Under the pieces are notes generated by a model. That model saw nothing but the letters and a program-made list of their open reading frames with translations. It made no database searches and was not told where the DNA came from. Shown piece after piece: positions 62,045 to 64,000 of a DNA stretch of 64,000 bases. The stretch is from contig UQFQ01000002.1 of NCBI GenBank assembly GCA_900540395.1, forward strand, positions 78,918-142,917, read 5' to 3'. The DNA is from an uncultured Mollicutes bacterium. GTDB taxonomy: Bacteria; Bacillota_I; Bacilli_A; RFN20; CAG-826. Every line of letters begins with the position of its first letter. Within the stretch, counting starts at the first letter, position 1. The translations under genes and the position numbers were made by a program.

Positions 62045-63847
62045 ATGTGTATTAGAAACGAAGATCCAAGACCATACTTAAAAAGAGATAGTGAATTAAT
62101 TAATTTAAATGGTAAATGGGATTTTGACTTTGATGATGAAAATCTGGGTCATAAAGAGAAATGGTTTTTAGACCATTCTTATTCAAAATCAATCGAAGTT
62201 CCTTTTCCTTTTCAATCTAAATTAAGTGGGATAAACGATACTAAATTTCATGATTATATGTGGTATCATCGTAGCTTCGATGTTACTTTTGACGCAAATA
62301 AAAAGTATATTGTTACTTTTAATGGCGTTGACTATGAAAGTGAAATTTATATTAATGGGTTTTTAGTTTCTAAACACATAGGTGGAGCTAGTATCAACAA
62401 AGTTGACATTAGTGATTTTGTAGTTGAAGGTAAAAATGAACTTACTGTATTTTGTTATGACGATTCAAGATCACAAGATTTTCCAAGAGGAAAACAATAT
62501 TGGAAAGAAAAAAGTGAATCAATTTTCTATACAAGAACTAGTGGAATCTATAAAAATGTTTATCTAGAAATCTTAAATAACAATTATATAGATGAATATT
62601 ATATTTCTAGTGATATTGATAGAGGTGAAGTTAAGGTTGAAACCTTAACGCTTAAACCTGCTTTTAAAATTGAATATGTAATTTCATTAAAAGGTATTGA
62701 ACTTGCTAGAAATGTTGTTTACACAAAAGATAAAGATAGAGTCATTTCTAAAATTAAAGTTTGGAACAATCAAGACATTATGGAAACTTTCTTCCATAAT
62801 GGTGAATTATGTTGGAGTCCAGACAATCCTGTTTTATATGATATTAATATTAAAGTTTATCAAGATGAAGAAACAGTAATTGATAACGTTACAACTTATT
62901 TTGCCATGAGAAAGATTGCAGTTGAAGATGGAGCTTTCTCTTTAAATAACCGTGTTTTTTATCAAAAACTCGTGCTAATTCAAGGTTATTTTAAAGATGG
63001 TTTATTAGCTTATCCTTCAGTTGATGATCTTATTAATGATATTAAACTTGCAAAAGAAATGGGTTTTAATGGCGGAAGAATTCACCAAAAAATAGAAGAT
63101 CCTTATTTCTATTATCTTTGTGATAAACTTGGATTTATTTGCTGGCTTGAATGTCCAAGTGCTCAAGTTTTTAATAACAAATTAATTGAACTTCAAAGTA
63201 AAGAATGGAGTGAAATTGTTAAACAATATTTTAACTTCCCATCAATATTTACTTTAGTTCCTTTAAATGAAAGCTGGGGTGTTCCTGAATTAAATAGCGA
63301 TCCAAAACAAGTTCATTATCAAAATGCTTTATACCACTTAACAAAATCTTTAGATGCAACCCGTTTAGTCGTTGGTAATGATGGATGGGAAATGGCAAGT
63401 ACAGATATATGTTCAATTCATAATTATCGTCATGGCAATAAAGATGATTTAATTCAACATGAAAAGTTTGAAAAATCTTTAGCTGACAAAGATATTATGA
63501 TGCATTCATGTCCAGGCAATAGAGTTATTTTCCTTGAAGGATATGAAAATAAAAAAGTGCCATTTATGTTAACGGAGTTTGGTGGAATTTCCTTCTTAAC
63601 AAATATTAAGGAAGGCTGGGGTTATACTAATGTTAATAGCGAAAAAGATTTCTTGAATGAGTATAAAAGAATTGTTGAAGCTATCGCTAAAAGTGATGGT
63701 TTATGTGGTTTCTGTTATACCCAACTTTATGATGTTGAACAAGAAATCAATGGTCTTTTAACTTACACTCGTAAACCAAAAACTGATCCAGAAAATATTA
63801 AAAAAATTAATGATATCGTTAATAAAGATATCATCTTTATAAAATAA
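62045..63847 (+). CDS. Glycoside hydrolase family 2 (cytoplasmic, ~600 aa)
   Basis: Sugar-binding domain 'MWYHRSFDV'. TIM barrel 'GFNGGRIHQK', acid/base region 'VPLNESWG', nucleophile region 'PFMLTEFGG'. Confidence 0.75.
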   Translation: MCIRNEDPRPYLKRDSELINLNGKWDFDFDDENLGHKEKWFLDHSYSKSIEVPFPFQSKLSGINDTKFHDYMWYHRSFDVTFDANKKYIVTFNGVDYESEIYINGFLVSKHIGGASINKVDISDFVVEGKNELTVFCYDDSRSQDFPRGKQYWKEKSESIFYTRTSGIYKNVYLEILNNNYIDEYYISSDIDRGEVKVETLTLKPAFKIEYVISLKGIELARNVVYTKDKDRVISKIKVWNNQDIMETFFHNGELCWSPDNPVLYDINIKVYQDEETVIDNVTTYFAMRKIAVEDGAFSLNNRVFYQKLVLIQGYFKDGLLAYPSVDDLINDIKLAKEMGFNGGRIHQKIEDPYFYYLCDKLGFICWLECPSAQVFNNKLIELQSKEWSEIVKQYFNFPSIFTLVPLNESWGVPELNSDPKQVHYQNALYHLTKSLDATRLVVGNDGWEMASTDICSIHNYRHGNKDDLIQHEKFEKSLADKDIMMHSCPGNRVIFLEGYENKKVPFMLTEFGGISFLTNIKEGWGYTNVNSEKDFLNEYKRIVEAIAKSDGLCGFCYTQLYDVEQEINGLLTYTRKPKTDPENIKKINDIVNKDIIFIK

Positions 63848-63861
63848 TGGAGGGACTGAAA

Positions 63862-64000
63862 ATGTCAGAAAACGAACAACAAAAAGAGAAGAAGAGCTTG
63901 CAAGAATTACGTATTGAAGCTTTAAGAAATCCTAATATTGATTCTTATATTTCTCTTAAAAACATTAACAAAGTTTATCCAAATGGCTTCCAAGCAGTTT
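63862..64000 (+). CDS. MsmK/MalK-type ABC ATP-binding protein, 5' part only (runs off window)
   Basis: RBS 'ggaggg'. 'MSENEQQKEKKSLQELRIEALRNPNIDSYISLKNINKVYPNGFQAV' parallels the N-terminal extension and start of the 17847 ATPase ('SFISLQNINKIYDNLVQAV'). Confidence 0.7.
   Translation, partial: MSENEQQKEKKSLQELRIEALRNPNIDSYISLKNINKVYPNGFQAV

Noticed and set aside
43057-62879. Track ORFs 43057..43332(-), 46509..46736(-), 47122..47490(-), 55390..55581(-), 55873..56085(-), 56377..56595(-), 57961..58260(-), 58627..58815(-), 59754..59999(+), 60431..60766(-), 62697..62879(+) and 22136..22321(+)
   Set aside because: All are nested within or antisense to longer genes that carry recognisable family motifs. 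None has an RBS or conserved-looking sequence.
1-64000. Mycoplasma-type genetic code (TGA = Trp), considered because of the AT-richness and lipoprotein load
   Set aside because: Reading through TGA would fuse clearly separate genes such as ROK/GH20 at 11717, NanE at 17748, RR/HK at 31504 and PGM/ManA at 40375. All conserved Trp positions I checked (for example WCDMNEP and KWDFNR) use TGG.
1-64000. tRNA, rRNA, CRISPR arrays, riboswitches and T-boxes
   Set aside because: I saw no T-loop-like GGTTCGAATCC-type motifs, no long non-coding stretches with rRNA-like composition and no regularly spaced direct repeats. The longest non-coding gaps (25271-25911, 27214-27663, 54182-55042) are explained by gene remnants, promoters and operators. 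A covariance-model scan (Infernal/Rfam, tRNAscan-SE) would be needed to exclude small RNAs.

Overview
AT-rich, gene-dense window. About 90% is coding and most genes are on the + strand. It uses the standard genetic code. TGA acts as a stop at many gene ends, right next to the following RBS/ATG (11717-11719, 17748-17750, 25268-25270, and the ATGA overlaps at 31503 and 40374), and Trp is TGG, so this is not code 4. Almost every exported protein has a lipoprotein signal peptide (lipobox Cys followed by G/D/E-rich or Pro-rich linkers). The MalK-type ABC ATPases carry large insertions. Both traits point to a wall-less or Mollicutes-like Bacillota lineage that uses code 11 (Acholeplasma- or Erysipelotrichia-like); this is inference only. 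The content is a run of carbohydrate-scavenging loci. (1) 1-25270: a long amino-sugar/glycan operon (GDPD, two unknown lipoproteins, LplABC-type importer, SGNH esterase, DUF4127, ROK kinase, GH20, GH31, Cys-rich Gfo/Idh/MocA oxidoreductase, NanE, ATPase, GH36, AraC, SIS/AgaS-like). (2) 25271-27650: a decayed patch holding a lipoprotein serpin flanked by three gene remnants. (3) TrmB-MFS-SGNH. (4) A two-component system followed by an Fbp/Afu-type ABC importer, phosphohexomutase and ManA. (5) An orphan membrane-protein module with a membrane-bound XRE regulator. (6) An M18 aminopeptidase whose 3' end is duplicated about 9.3 kb downstream. The two copies bracket a LacI-controlled block of four surface or secreted proteins (discoidin/CBM32, GLUG beta-helix, divergent GH13-like enzyme). 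(7) A LacI/GH43/ABC/GH2 locus running off the 3' edge. I found no rRNA, tRNA, CRISPR array, transposase, integrase or recognisable defence genes. The best candidates for undescribed biology are: the nan-like locus that lacks a lyase and sialidase but contains DUF4127 and two novel lipoproteins; the repeat-bracketed surface-protein island; the insertion-bearing ABC ATPases; and the Afu-like importer wired to PGM/PMI. All family calls come from motif recognition by eye. No searches were run.
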